The notes beneath the pieces were generated by a model. It worked only from the letters and a program-made list of their open reading frames with translations, did no database searches and had not been told where the DNA came from. Made by a program: the position numbers and the translations under genes. Shown piece by piece: positions 11,052 to 20,772 of a stretch of DNA of 64,000 nt (its first letter is position 1; every line of letters begins with the position of its first letter). Source of the stretch: an uncultured Desulfosarcina sp. Its GTDB lineage: Bacteria > Desulfobacterota > Desulfobacteria > Desulfobacterales > Desulfosarcinaceae. The stretch is from assembly GCA_963674945.2 (NCBI GenBank), contig CAXXWQ010000002.1, positions 1 to 64,000 of the forward strand. Direction: 5' to 3'.

Positions 11052-11858
11052 ATGAAAAACATCCTGGTTATATCCGGCAGTCCACGCCCCACTGGCAACA
11101 CGTATAAGATAACCAAACTCATAGAAGAGCAGATGACCGGTTTGGCTGATGTCCACTTTGAATATCTGATGCTGAATAAATTGAACCTGAAATATTGCCG
11201 GGGCTGCTTGACTTGCATGAAAAAAGGGGAAGAAAAATGTCCCTGCAAGGATGATTCGATCCTGTTGCGGGATAAAATGCTCGCCGCCGATGGAATTATT
11301 TTCATCTCCCCGGTTTATGTGCACACGGTTTCTGCATTGATGAAAAACTTCTATGACCGCTTTGCTTATATGTGTCACCAACCCCATTTTCGGGACAAAG
11401 CAGCCATTTTTGTCGTGACAACCGAACTCACCGGTGGGAAAGAAACCTTGGAATATATGCGCTTTCCGGCATTTACATGGGGCTTTCAAATATGCGGATC
11501 CCTTGAAGTCGTGTACCCTGGATTTCTGAACGGTGGAAGATACAAAGAACAGATCCTGAATCAAATATCTCAGGTGGCCAAAGATTTTTGTACGGCGCTG
11601 ACGGGACGCGAGAGAAAGCCATTGTTTCGTGAATTGATGTTTTTCAACCTTATGAAAAATAAGGTGACCCTTCACAGGGATTTTTTACCGGCCGACTATA
11701 ATTATTGGGAAAGGAAAGGGTGGCTTTCAAAGGATTTTTATGAAGAGAATAGCGTGACAAAATACAAGAAGATATTATCGAAATTTCTGGTCGGGCGAAA
11801 GGTAAAAAAAATGTTACATACCAAAGGTCTCGATGCCTTGTTGTTAGAAAATGTATGA
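11052..11858 (+). CDS. Flavodoxin-family / iron-sulfur flavoprotein (NADPH-dependent FMN reductase fold)
   Basis: GSPRPTGNT; CRGCLTC...CPCKDD; ADGIIFISPVY; MKNFYDR. Confidence 0.9.
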   Translation: MKNILVISGSPRPTGNTYKITKLIEEQMTGLADVHFEYLMLNKLNLKYCRGCLTCMKKGEEKCPCKDDSILLRDKMLAADGIIFISPVYVHTVSALMKNFYDRFAYMCHQPHFRDKAAIFVVTTELTGGKETLEYMRFPAFTWGFQICGSLEVVYPGFLNGGRYKEQILNQISQVAKDFCTALTGRERKPLFRELMFFNLMKNKVTLHRDFLPADYNYWERKGWLSKDFYEENSVTKYKKILSKFLVGRKVKKMLHTKGLDALLLENV

Positions 11859-11926
11859 GATATATCCCGCTATGTGGCAATGGGTTTAACTAAGCATAAT
11901 CGATGGTCTGTTTCACGGAGAAACGC

Positions 11927-12421
11927 ATGAAAACTGAAATGAGAATTAGAAAAACCACTATTTCAGATGTCGAGACCTTAACCAAAATAATAAGAGATTC
12001 CTATCAGACCGTCGCTGATACATTCGGTCTCAATAACACCAATTGCCCGAAGCACCCTTCAAATTGTACTGAAGCGTGGATAACGGCAGATTTCAAAAGA
12101 GGCGTCACTTATTTTATTCTTGAGGCTGATGGAAAAGAGATCGGTTGTGCCGCATTGGAGAAGCCAACGCCTGAATTGTGTTATCTTGAAAGATTGGCTG
12201 TTGTCCCGGAAAAACGAAAAAGGGGATTTGGAAAATCCCTTGTCGATCATATATTTCGTGAAGCAAAAGTGCTTGGCTGCAAGAAGATCAGCATTGGTAT
12301 CATTGCGAAACAACGTGAATTGAAGAATTGGTATTCAAAAATCGGCTTTCAAGAGGGGATCACAAAATTATTTGATCACCTGCCGTTTGACGTTACTTTC
12401 ATGGAATGCGATATTGTCTGA
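11927..12421 (+). CDS. GNAT-family N-acetyltransferase
   Basis: ERLAVVPEKRKRGFGKSL acetyl-CoA motif; WYSKIGF. Confidence 0.9.
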   Translation: MKTEMRIRKTTISDVETLTKIIRDSYQTVADTFGLNNTNCPKHPSNCTEAWITADFKRGVTYFILEADGKEIGCAALEKPTPELCYLERLAVVPEKRKRGFGKSLVDHIFREAKVLGCKKISIGIIAKQRELKNWYSKIGFQEGITKLFDHLPFDVTFMECDIV

Positions 12422-12576
12422 TACCTCCCAAAAAAGTGATCGACGTCACAGAATTTTTCAAAATCAGTGTGTATGTAGGGGAAGTGCCGGAGATCGGAAC
12501 TCACTGATATTGATGATCCCGCAAAAGTCGTCGCTTGGGCGGATTCGATTGCGCGTTACCCTAAAGGAGAGAGACA

Positions 12577-12648
12577 ATGTCAGATCCACTGACCATATTG
12601 TTATTCGGAATCGGATTCGTTGCAATTGTCCGATTCAGCAAAAAGTGA
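12577..12648 (+). CDS. 23-aa micropeptide MSDPLTILLFGIGFVAIVRFSKK, PEP-CTERM sorting-signal-like
   Basis: RBS AAGGAG; DP + hydrophobic LLFGxG helix + basic tail; homologous to 15486-15560; below the ORF-track cut-off. Confidence 0.65.
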   Translation: MSDPLTILLFGIGFVAIVRFSKK

Positions 12649-12995
12649 TGGGAAACCAAATCGGAACAATGAGTATCTGCAAATATTTTCCATCCATCAA
12701 TGTTACGGGACCAATACCGCATTCAAGGACAACGATCTTTGCGCGCAGATTGCGTTAGCAATCATTCTCCATTGGGTAAACACACATCCCCAACCTCATC
12801 ATACTGAAATTCCATCTTTTTACGACGAAGGCCAGGACCGTTTCGCCCCGGCCTTTTTTCTTTCAGATGAATCTTCGTACGATATCACAGTAGCGGACAT
12901 CCAGGTATGTATTAAAGTAAGCGGTTTATTAACCCCATCTTCACAAAATTGTTCAGGCATGGCAATGTGTTTCCCCAAAGAAAGGAGAAGATATC

Positions 12996-13325
12996 ATGCC
13001 TGAAGACTATGATTCATTCGATTCCAAGCAAAGGCGAAAATTTTGGGAAAATCATATCGAGAAATGGAAGATCAGCAGCCTAAGCCAAAGGGCCTATTGT
13101 AAAAAAAACGATCTCATTCTCCATCGGTTTTACGATTGGAAACGGCGCATCATGCCCGTTGATAAAACCCGAGTTACTTTTTTGCCGGTTGCGCTCAACG
13201 GATCAGCGACGAGGAAACATCCATCCGTTCGTATTCATACCCCCAACGGATTTACCATCGAAGTCGATGATCAAAACGGATCGATAGAAATCAACAAGCT
13301 TGTTGCAATGGTGGCTACATTATGA
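12996..13325 (+). CDS. tnpA: IS66 accessory protein TnpA
   Basis: FWENHIEKWKISSLSQRAYC...FYDWKRR, FLPV. Confidence 0.9.
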   Translation: MPEDYDSFDSKQRRKFWENHIEKWKISSLSQRAYCKKNDLILHRFYDWKRRIMPVDKTRVTFLPVALNGSATRKHPSVRIHTPNGFTIEVDDQNGSIEINKLVAMVATL

Positions 13326-13669
13326 TGTTGCCCACCAATCCCAAAAGGGTCTTTCTGGCCGTGGGTAATACCGATATGCGCAAATCGATCAACGGGCTTT
13401 CGGTTTTGGTGGAACAGGCCATGGATTTGAATCCCTTCGAAGGGGACCTGTTCGTCTTCTGCAATCGGCGTCGGAACATGATAAAAATTTTATACTGGGA
13501 TAAAAATGGATTTGCTCTCTGGCTCAAACGGCTGGAGAAGCACCGTTTCCACTGGCCAACAACCACAAAAGAAGTCGTTTCCCTTAGTGCGAAAGAACTG
13601 GAATGGCTTCTCGCCGGACTGGATTATACGAATGCTCATGTGCGTTTAAACTACCGTTATGCAAGCTGA
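13322..13669 (+). CDS. tnpB: IS66 accessory protein TnpB
   Basis: TDMRKSINGL, LFVFCNRRR, KILYWDKNGF, KRLE; ATGA overlap with tnpA. Confidence 0.95.
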   Translation: MMLPTNPKRVFLAVGNTDMRKSINGLSVLVEQAMDLNPFEGDLFVFCNRRRNMIKILYWDKNGFALWLKRLEKHRFHWPTTTKEVVSLSAKELEWLLAGLDYTNAHVRLNYRYAS

Positions 13670-13732
13670 GAACATCCACCTGGAAGTAAAATAAGTGTGT
13701 ACAAATTCAATTGGTTATGCTATGTATCAGGC

Positions 13733-15292
13733 ATGCTTTCGGAATCGAACAACCTGCCCGATGACGCCCAATCGCTTAAGGAGATTATCTCTTCTCAGCA
13801 GCAGCAAATCGACCATCTGCAAGAAATGGTACGTCTGCTGAAGAACGAGCTGTTCGGTCGCAAAAGTGAAGTTTTGCCGGCCGTCAATCCCAACCAACTC
13901 CAGTTGTTCAAACCCGACGAAACCGCAGAGCCCGTCCTTGCCGATGACGACATCACCGTCCCGGAGCACACCCGCAAAAAGCGTGGCCGCAAACCGTTGC
14001 CTGAGGATCTGCCCCGCGTCGAGGTCCTGCACGATATCCCTGAGGCCGAGAAACGGTGTGCTTGCGGAGTTGAACTGAGCCGTATCGGCGAAGAGACCTG
14101 TGAGAAGCTCGATTATATCCCGGCAAAAATCCAGGTGATCCGTCACATCCGCCCCAAATACGCCTGCAAGGCCTGCGAAGGCGTCGAGGATGACGGCCCC
14201 ACCGTTAGGATCGCTCCGCCGCCAGAACAACTGATTCCCAAGAGCAACGCCACTGAGGGACTGCTGGCCCACATCGCTGTCTCAAAATTCGCCGATGCGC
14301 TTCCCCTGCATCGCCAACAAAAGATATTTGACCGTCTGGGCGTTGACATCTCACGGTCAACCATGGCCAATTGGATGATTCAGGCCGCCGGTTGCTGCCA
14401 GCCGATCGTCGAATTGATGCATCAGGAGATTCGAAGCGGTCCTGTGATCAATATCGATGAAAGTCCGTTTCAGGTGCTTCAGGAACCGGGCCGCAGCAAT
14501 ACAACAAAATCGTATATGTGGGTGTTTTGTGGCGGCCCGTTGGATGCCCCTGTGGTGCTTTACCAGTATCATCCCACCCGTAGTGGGAAGGTAGTGCAAG
14601 ATATGATAGAAGACTATTCGGGCTATGTTCAAAGCGACGGCTACAGCGGCTATGATCAGCTGTCCCAAAAGCAAGGGATCATCCATTTAGGTTGCCTGAC
14701 CCATGCCCGACGTAAATTTGTCGAGGTGAACAAAGGGCGCAAGGCGCGCGGCAAACAAAAAGCAGCCAAGGGGCTTGCCGACGAGGCGCTGGATTACATT
14801 GGCGCATTGTATGGCATAGAACGGTATGCGCGAGACAAGGATTTGTCGTATGAACAGATCCGTGACCTGCGACAGGAAAAGGCCAAGCCGATTCTGAAAC
14901 AATTTAAAACCTGGCTGGACACCTACCATTGGCAAGCTCCTCCGAAAAGCCTTCTCGGCAAAGCGATCCAATATTGCCTAAACCAATGGGACAAACTGGT
15001 TGTCTATATCAATGCCGGATTTCTGAAGCCCGACAACAATGTGGCTGAAAATGTCATCCGGCCATTCGTGTTGGGTCGCAAGAACTGGCTGTTTTCCGGC
15101 GCGCCCCGGGGTGCGGAAGCCAGCGCCACCTTCTTCGGTTTGATCGAAACGGCCAAAGCCAATGGGCTGGAACCCTATGCCTATCTTCGATACCTGTTCG
15201 CCAAACTTCCGCTGGCCAGGACGCGGGAGGACCATCTGGCGCTTTTGCCAAAAAATATCGACAAACAGACGCTGGCGATCCTTCGCTATTGA
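13733..15292 (+). CDS. tnpC: IS66 DDE transposase TnpC
   Basis: FGRKSE, RKPLPEDLPR, zinc finger, IDES, SDGYSGY, CLTHARRKF, DNNVAEN, GRKNWLF. Confidence 0.95.
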   Translation: MLSESNNLPDDAQSLKEIISSQQQQIDHLQEMVRLLKNELFGRKSEVLPAVNPNQLQLFKPDETAEPVLADDDITVPEHTRKKRGRKPLPEDLPRVEVLHDIPEAEKRCACGVELSRIGEETCEKLDYIPAKIQVIRHIRPKYACKACEGVEDDGPTVRIAPPPEQLIPKSNATEGLLAHIAVSKFADALPLHRQQKIFDRLGVDISRSTMANWMIQAAGCCQPIVELMHQEIRSGPVINIDESPFQVLQEPGRSNTTKSYMWVFCGGPLDAPVVLYQYHPTRSGKVVQDMIEDYSGYVQSDGYSGYDQLSQKQGIIHLGCLTHARRKFVEVNKGRKARGKQKAAKGLADEALDYIGALYGIERYARDKDLSYEQIRDLRQEKAKPILKQFKTWLDTYHWQAPPKSLLGKAIQYCLNQWDKLVVYINAGFLKPDNNVAENVIRPFVLGRKNWLFSGAPRGAEASATFFGLIETAKANGLEPYAYLRYLFAKLPLARTREDHLALLPKNIDKQTLAILRY

Positions 15293-15485
15293 TTCTTCTC
15301 TTACTTTCTACCGGCCGGTTCACAATCGTCTCCCATACACATTTTCATTGCCAAGCCTATGATGTCATAATATCTGGGCTATGTGAAGATGGGGTTTATT
15401 TGACCCTTACGTATTAAAAAATTAGATCTGTCATTTGAACCTGTCACTGATAGTTCAGTTGTTCTGTATTGAGCGCGTTATGGGA

Positions 15486-15560
15486 TTACTTTCTCTCGGA
15501 GATTGAGAAGAAACCAATGAAACCCATTCCCAATAGAAGCAACATCACAGGATCTATCAT
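15486..15560 (-). CDS. 24-aa micropeptide MIDPVMLLLLGMGFIGFFSISERK, PEP-CTERM sorting-signal-like
   Basis: RBS AAGGAG 6 nt upstream; sigma-54 motif about 60 nt upstream; homologous to 12577-12648. Confidence 0.68.
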   Translation of the reverse strand: MIDPVMLLLLGMGFIGFFSISERK

Positions 15561-15620
15561 TTGCAGCTCCTTTCTTTTTGGTCGGTTCGATAATTGTGTG
15601 TGAAATTGGCAAGAGGGAAT

Positions 15621-15636
15621 AGCAACCAGTATGCCA
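15621..15636 (-). promoter_or_regulatory. Sigma-54 (-24/-12) promoter of the micropeptide gene
   Basis: TGGCATACTGGTTGCT on the minus strand: GG-N10-GC, close to TGGCACG-N4-TTGC. Confidence 0.7.
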
Positions 15637-15772
15637 GTGGCGTTTTTATTAATAATATCAATTTGTTTTATGTTGTATGGGGGGGGCTTTGGGCAATCGG
15701 ATTGCATCAAAACAGAGCAATCAATTGGATGTTTGTTCATATATTGCTGTTATTACATAAAAAATTAAGATT

Positions 15773-15815
15773 GCTGCAAAATGAGGCAGCCTCGCTTTCT
15801 GCATGATTTTACAGC
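15773..15815. promoter_or_regulatory. Paired putative upstream activator sites for an enhancer-binding protein
   Basis: GCTGCAAAATGAGGCAGC (15773-15790) and inverted copy GCTGTAAAATCATGCAGA (15798-15815), 14/18 identical, each quasi-palindromic, between two divergent sigma-54 motifs. Confidence 0.5.
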
Positions 15816-16006
15816 AACCAATTTCTTGGCAGAGGCGGGATCGATAAAATGAAAAGAGCATTCTGCCGCTGCTTGCGCGAAAGGAGAAAATGAAGGGGCG
15901 GTAGAAAACATAGGAATAATAAATGGTTCCAGCCTTGTTGGAACGGCGTCGGAAAAATTGTCGCATTTCGGCTTCAATGGTAACGCGGCTTCGTGAACGA
16001 ATGGTA

Positions 16007-16022
16007 TGGCCTGCAATTTGCT
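16007..16022 (+). promoter_or_regulatory. Putative sigma-54 promoter of the caspase operon
   Basis: TGGCCTGCAATTTGCT: GG-N10-GC with TTGCT. Confidence 0.55.
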
Positions 16023-16278
16023 AATATACGGAGGCAGTCAATAAACAGAGAAAATCCGGTGCTTTCCATGGAAAATTGTCCGTTATTGACACTCTGGTAA
16101 GCCGTCATGTAATGTTACAGTATAATATGATGTTTTTCATATTTTAACGTTGCTTAATGATTTCATTCTGTTCGTGCTTCGCCAAGGCCAGTCTTTCGTA
16201 CGAAATGTCATGCGGCTTGTTGTTATCCCCCTATAATGGCGATCGGTACGAATGAAGTAACGTTGCGGGAGTAAAAAA

Positions 16279-18135
16279 ATGAACACTCGATACGACTTGG
16301 TTTTTTTGCCGGCAGTTTGCATCATTGCCGTATTTTTCTCATCCTCCGTATTTGCATCTACCATCTTGGTAAATTTTGAGAACTACACCCATATTTCAAA
16401 TTCCGAGGGCCAGGATGATCACGAGGGAGAAAACGGCAACCTGTCGAAAGCGTATGATCTGGCAGAGGAGCTTTTGTCGCAATATCTTTTTCAAAGTGGC
16501 CACAAGGTTATAACATCCAATGAAGTGGCACCATCCCAATGGCTTACGGAAAAAGAGATCCGGGAGGGTAGAAGCGGAAAACAGCTTCTTCTCAGAAAAA
16601 TGGCGGCGCTGAGCGATGCATCCGTATTTTTCAATGCGGTAATGCAAATGAATGAAACAAAGGAAGAATATCTCGGTGTTCAGATGAGTACGAATACACT
16701 CACCATCTCCTACAAGCTGGTGGAAACCGCAAGCGGTGACACCATTGCGATCGATTCCGGAAAATATGTCAGTGCCGCCAGAACTTCCGGCTATGCCCGC
16801 CACAGCGCAATAGAAAAAATGGCAAAAGATGTGGCCGCGCGAATATCGACGAAAGCATCCGAATCGGGAAACGGTAAAGCGGAGAAAGAATTGTCAAAAT
16901 ACAAACAACAGTGGTTGAAAGAAGGGGCTGCGACCAGTGCCGTCTTCCAGAAGGGACAAAAAACTTCAATCACAAAAGGGGCCTCAACCCCAAAAACCCC
17001 ATCCACCGCAATTGTATCAAAAGACGAGAAGCCACCTGAAATATTTCTCATTCAGCCGCCGGTTACACGCGGATTTGCAGTGGTTTCCAAGAAACCCAAG
17101 GCAACCATCAATGTGGCTGGAGTGGTTCGAGACGACAGTTCCATCCTTTACCTGCGCCTCAACGGAAGTAGAACAAACTTGGATTCCGATGGTTTCTTTT
17201 CCGAAAGTATCGCGATTGATGGCCAAACCGAAAAAATCGTGATAGAGGCCATGGACGAGCCGGGCAATAAAGTAACGAAAGAATTTCAATTGCTTGCTTC
17301 CAATGATGATGCACTGCGGGGAAAATCCGTTTCGGATATGTCCATCGCATCCGGTGCATTGAAACCGGCATTGTGGGGGTTGTCCATTGGCGTGTCCAAG
17401 TACCAAAGCACGATGACCGATCTCAAATATGCGGATATGGATGCCCGGTGTTTGTCGGAATTTTTTGAAACCAAGGCCAAACAGCTTTATTCGGAAGTTC
17501 ACTTCAAGACCCTGGTGAATGAGCAAGTCACCAGAGACAGCATCATCGATCATATTTCCGGCCACCTGGGTCAGGCCGCACCACAGGACGTCGTGTTCAT
17601 ATTCATGGCCGGCCATGGCATCAAACACGCTCAGACAGGTTCCTATTACTTCATGCCCCATGACGTCGACGCAAACAACCTGCTGTCAAGGGGCCTTAGA
17701 ATGTCCGACTTCGAAGAATCAATAAACATTCTGTCAGAAAATGTCGGTAAGTTGATCATCGCCATGGATACCTGCCATTCGGGAGCGTTGAATGTAAACG
17801 TGCGCACGGCATCCGGCGGTGAGAATTTAGCGGAAGTGCTCAAGGCGTCAACCGGTGTCTATATTCTCGCAGCCGCCAAAGGCGGAGAGGGCTCCATAGA
17901 GGATCTTCGTTTCAGAATCCGGGGCAGTGATTCCGGACATGGCGTATTTACCTATACCTTGATCGAAGGGATGATGGGGAAGGCGAATTTCGATGGGAAT
18001 GATTACATTTCCGTCAACGAACTCTTTCAATTTGTATCGAAACAGGTGCCGCGGCTGACAAAAGGTCGGCAGCATCCTTTTATTCGATCGGCAGGGACTG
18101 ATCTGCCATTGGTCATGCTGGGGCAAAATCCATGA
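16279..18135 (+). CDS. Exported caspase-family (peptidase C14) protein with N-terminal CsgG-like and Ig-like domains
   Basis: Signal peptide ending VFA; IGVSKY, LKYADMDA, catalytic FMAGHG and MDTCHSG, HGVFTYTL, GRQHP. Confidence 0.9.
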   Translation: MNTRYDLVFLPAVCIIAVFFSSSVFASTILVNFENYTHISNSEGQDDHEGENGNLSKAYDLAEELLSQYLFQSGHKVITSNEVAPSQWLTEKEIREGRSGKQLLLRKMAALSDASVFFNAVMQMNETKEEYLGVQMSTNTLTISYKLVETASGDTIAIDSGKYVSAARTSGYARHSAIEKMAKDVAARISTKASESGNGKAEKELSKYKQQWLKEGAATSAVFQKGQKTSITKGASTPKTPSTAIVSKDEKPPEIFLIQPPVTRGFAVVSKKPKATINVAGVVRDDSSILYLRLNGSRTNLDSDGFFSESIAIDGQTEKIVIEAMDEPGNKVTKEFQLLASNDDALRGKSVSDMSIASGALKPALWGLSIGVSKYQSTMTDLKYADMDARCLSEFFETKAKQLYSEVHFKTLVNEQVTRDSIIDHISGHLGQAAPQDVVFIFMAGHGIKHAQTGSYYFMPHDVDANNLLSRGLRMSDFEESINILSENVGKLIIAMDTCHSGALNVNVRTASGGENLAEVLKASTGVYILAAAKGGEGSIEDLRFRIRGSDSGHGVFTYTLIEGMMGKANFDGNDYISVNELFQFVSKQVPRLTKGRQHPFIRSAGTDLPLVMLGQNP

Positions 18136-18166
18136 GCTCAGTGCATCGAAGGAGCATCTCATTACC

Positions 18167-18790
18167 ATGATGGAGAACGTAACGGTGCGATTGGTTATCC
18201 TACTGCTACCGATTTTGATGATGTTGCAAAGCTTGCCCGGTTTTGCCTTCGAAGATCAAAGAACGCTGCTTGTCACCGGTGTTCAGAACGAAAGTGGGTC
18301 CAGGGAGTGGGATGAACAGCTCGTGGCCATGGGCGTCGCGAATCTGATTTCGGAGGAACTGTTCAAAACCGGCAGGTACGTACCCATGGAAACCAATCCG
18401 GAAGTGCTGCAATCCATCAATGAGATGATTGCCCTCAACCGTCAGCGCGCCGACGTCAGCCTGCATCCGGATCGATCCTTGCGGTTTCCCCAAATGGAAA
18501 CCGACGCAATGGCCTATGGTGTCATCAGGCGATATGAAAAAAGGCGGAAGCGGGCGATTGCAGGACTCTTTTCCTTTGCGAAGGTCACTGCGTACCTTGA
18601 AATCGAAATCATCATCGAAGAAAAAGACGGACCGTTTCGATCCGCCGTCGGCAAGGCGGAAGGCGAAACAGTTTCCAAAGGTCTATTGGTTCAAATCCGT
18701 GAAGAGGAGATACGATTTGACCAGACCAGTTTAGGGGCCGTTGCCAGCGATGCCGTCCGGCAGGCGGTCTCACAATTATTCCCAGAATAG
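18167..18790 (+). CDS. Exported CsgG/TolB-N-like fold protein
   Basis: Signal peptide; MGVANLISEELFKTGRY...TDAMAYGVI; similar to the adjacent CsgG-like protein. Confidence 0.65.
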   Translation: MMENVTVRLVILLLPILMMLQSLPGFAFEDQRTLLVTGVQNESGSREWDEQLVAMGVANLISEELFKTGRYVPMETNPEVLQSINEMIALNRQRADVSLHPDRSLRFPQMETDAMAYGVIRRYEKRRKRAIAGLFSFAKVTAYLEIEIIIEEKDGPFRSAVGKAEGETVSKGLLVQIREEEIRFDQTSLGAVASDAVRQAVSQLFPE

Positions 18791-18802
18791 AAGAGTCGTC
18801 GG

Positions 18803-19447
18803 ATGAAACAAGAACATTTTCCTTTATTGATACTGATTTCTGTCATATTCATGGTGGCCTGTGCTTCGACATCCGTCTCGCAGACACCAGCTGCATCGGA
18901 AGCCAAAACCCACCAAATCGATGATCTTCCAATGTATTCAGGGGAGAAAATCATCGTCGCCATATTGCCGTTGGGATTGTCTGAAAGAGCGGCCAAACGC
19001 TATCCGAAACTTCTGGAAAAATCGGTTGGTCTGGGTGTCCACAATTTGGTGATGGAAGCTCTTTTTGAAACCAACCGATTTCGGTACGTCGAGGAAAAAC
19101 CGGAAATTACCCAGGACATCCTTGATCGTCAGTGGTTGAGTGCGTCAGGCTATTTTTCCAATTCCCAAGCGGTTTCCTACGGAAAAATGCTAGGGGCCGA
19201 GAAGGTGATTTACGGCGAGATTTACGACTATGCAGAAGGAGGGGAACAGGTATTTGGACTCAAAGGTCACCAGGGATTCAATATAGCCGTAGGAGTACAG
19301 ATTGTCTGCACAAACGTGGAAACCGGTGAAAAAGAATCCATCGGGACATCCAGGGCCATCGCAACGACCTACGGTGAAGCCAGCCGTGTGGCCATCGACG
19401 GGGCGGTGTATGATCTGGTGAGTCGCCTGCAATTAAATAAAGAGTAG
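18803..19447 (+). CDS. CsgG/HfaB-family lipoprotein
   Basis: Lipobox MVAC; VAIL...ALFETNRFRYVE...GKMLGAEKVIYGEI...NVETGE. Confidence 0.82.
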   Translation: MKQEHFPLLILISVIFMVACASTSVSQTPAASEAKTHQIDDLPMYSGEKIIVAILPLGLSERAAKRYPKLLEKSVGLGVHNLVMEALFETNRFRYVEEKPEITQDILDRQWLSASGYFSNSQAVSYGKMLGAEKVIYGEIYDYAEGGEQVFGLKGHQGFNIAVGVQIVCTNVETGEKESIGTSRAIATTYGEASRVAIDGAVYDLVSRLQLNKE

Positions 19448-19473
19448 ACATACGAACAGGATGGAGGTGGGAG

Positions 19474-20691
19474 ATGACATACATTGGAAAACTGTTACAG
19501 GCGATGGCATTGATCGTCACCTTACTCTATCCATTTCACGCTTCCGCAGGCGACTTTTGGGATCAAATCGATTTTTCGGTCCAACAGACTTCGACACCCG
19601 GCGTCTTGGGTGTGGACAACCGCATCTATAATGCAAGATTTGTCGGGAAATGGAACGATTGGAACGGGGACCAATCGTTTGGTGCCGATGAGGTGTTGGC
19701 AGAATCGGTAAAATTATATGATCGAAATGGGCATCTGGTACTGGAATCACCGGATACCGTCAGAACCCGTGACGAACTGGAGGCCTGGGCCAGGGCCAAC
19801 GCGGATATTATCTGGTCCACGATTTTCGGTGGGAATCCCAGCTGTCCCATCGGTGGCTCCGATGATGTGGTGATGAACCAGGCCTCCATCAGCGAAGTGG
19901 TGTTTGAAAAGGTTGTGCCGCAGCGAAGGCAACTGGAAATAGACAAAGTCAACAATGAATTCAAGGCGGCACTGGAGTACCTTTCCGTTGACATCAATGG
20001 GGATGAAGGCAATTCTCTTTCCGCGTTATTGGGATATGCACATGAGTTTGGCAATGGATTGAATTTGGGTTTTCTTCTTCCCTACCGATACACGGACATG
20101 TCCGATGACATCAATACAGACGCTCACTATGCCGGCCTTTTTCTTTATGCCAAGAAGCCGGTCAAGACCTGGGAAGACCTGGACCTTACATGGACCGTTG
20201 GCGGGGACATTTTTGGATCGGCGTTTTACGCCCAATCCGATGCCATTTCAGATATGGGCACCCTGAAATACGGTGGCGGGCTGTTTACTTCCATGTGCAA
20301 ATATTGGTCGACCGTCGGCCTCAGTTTTGGCGTCGACTATAAAGTTTCCGATGCATCCGTATGGGAGCGTGTCATCGACGATGATGACGAGTTCGTTCAG
20401 GATGTCATCGACTGGGTGAATGACCTGGATCCCGTGGGTTCCCTTTCCTATGGATTCAATGTGGGTGTTCCCGTCTTTGGCGATGATGCGGCGGTGAATG
20501 TTGAGACCATACGAACCCATTTTTTCAGTGATGATATCGATGGGAGCCGCGACACCCAGACGGTAATCGGACTCACATTCTCCTATTTTCCGACGGATAC
20601 ATTCGAGATCACCATGGGCGGCAGGACTACCTTCGAACTCGATGATATCGAAATTTACGGAATCACCATTGGTTCTATCTACAGGTATTAA
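19474..20691 (+). CDS. Outer-membrane beta-barrel protein (autotransporter-barrel-like) with an N-terminal extension
   Basis: Signal peptide ending ASA; amphipathic strands in the C-terminal two-thirds; terminal aromatic ...GSIYRY. Confidence 0.7.
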   Translation: MTYIGKLLQAMALIVTLLYPFHASAGDFWDQIDFSVQQTSTPGVLGVDNRIYNARFVGKWNDWNGDQSFGADEVLAESVKLYDRNGHLVLESPDTVRTRDELEAWARANADIIWSTIFGGNPSCPIGGSDDVVMNQASISEVVFEKVVPQRRQLEIDKVNNEFKAALEYLSVDINGDEGNSLSALLGYAHEFGNGLNLGFLLPYRYTDMSDDINTDAHYAGLFLYAKKPVKTWEDLDLTWTVGGDIFGSAFYAQSDAISDMGTLKYGGGLFTSMCKYWSTVGLSFGVDYKVSDASVWERVIDDDDEFVQDVIDWVNDLDPVGSLSYGFNVGVPVFGDDAAVNVETIRTHFFSDDIDGSRDTQTVIGLTFSYFPTDTFEITMGGRTTFELDDIEIYGITIGSIYRY

Positions 20692-20772
20692 GCAGGTTTA
20701 ATTCTGGGACCTGAACGGGTGCCTTTTTAAAACCATGGGTATTCGGATGCAATAAACAGCAAAAGTCGTTTC

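Larger units (their letters stand above)
12917..15410 (+). mobile_element. Complete three-ORF IS66-family element
   Basis: TIRs GTAAGCGGTTTATTAACCCCATCTTCACA / GTAAGGGTCAAATAAACCCCATCTTCACA; exact 8-bp TSD GTATTAAA at 12909-12916 and 15411-15418. Confidence 0.96.

Noticed and set aside
12535..12553. Sigma-54-like motif before the first micropeptide
   Set aside because: GG-GC spacing is 11, not 10
18167..19447. Curli biogenesis operon
   Set aside because: No csgA/B repeat proteins or csgE/F in the window; only the CsgG-like fold is supported
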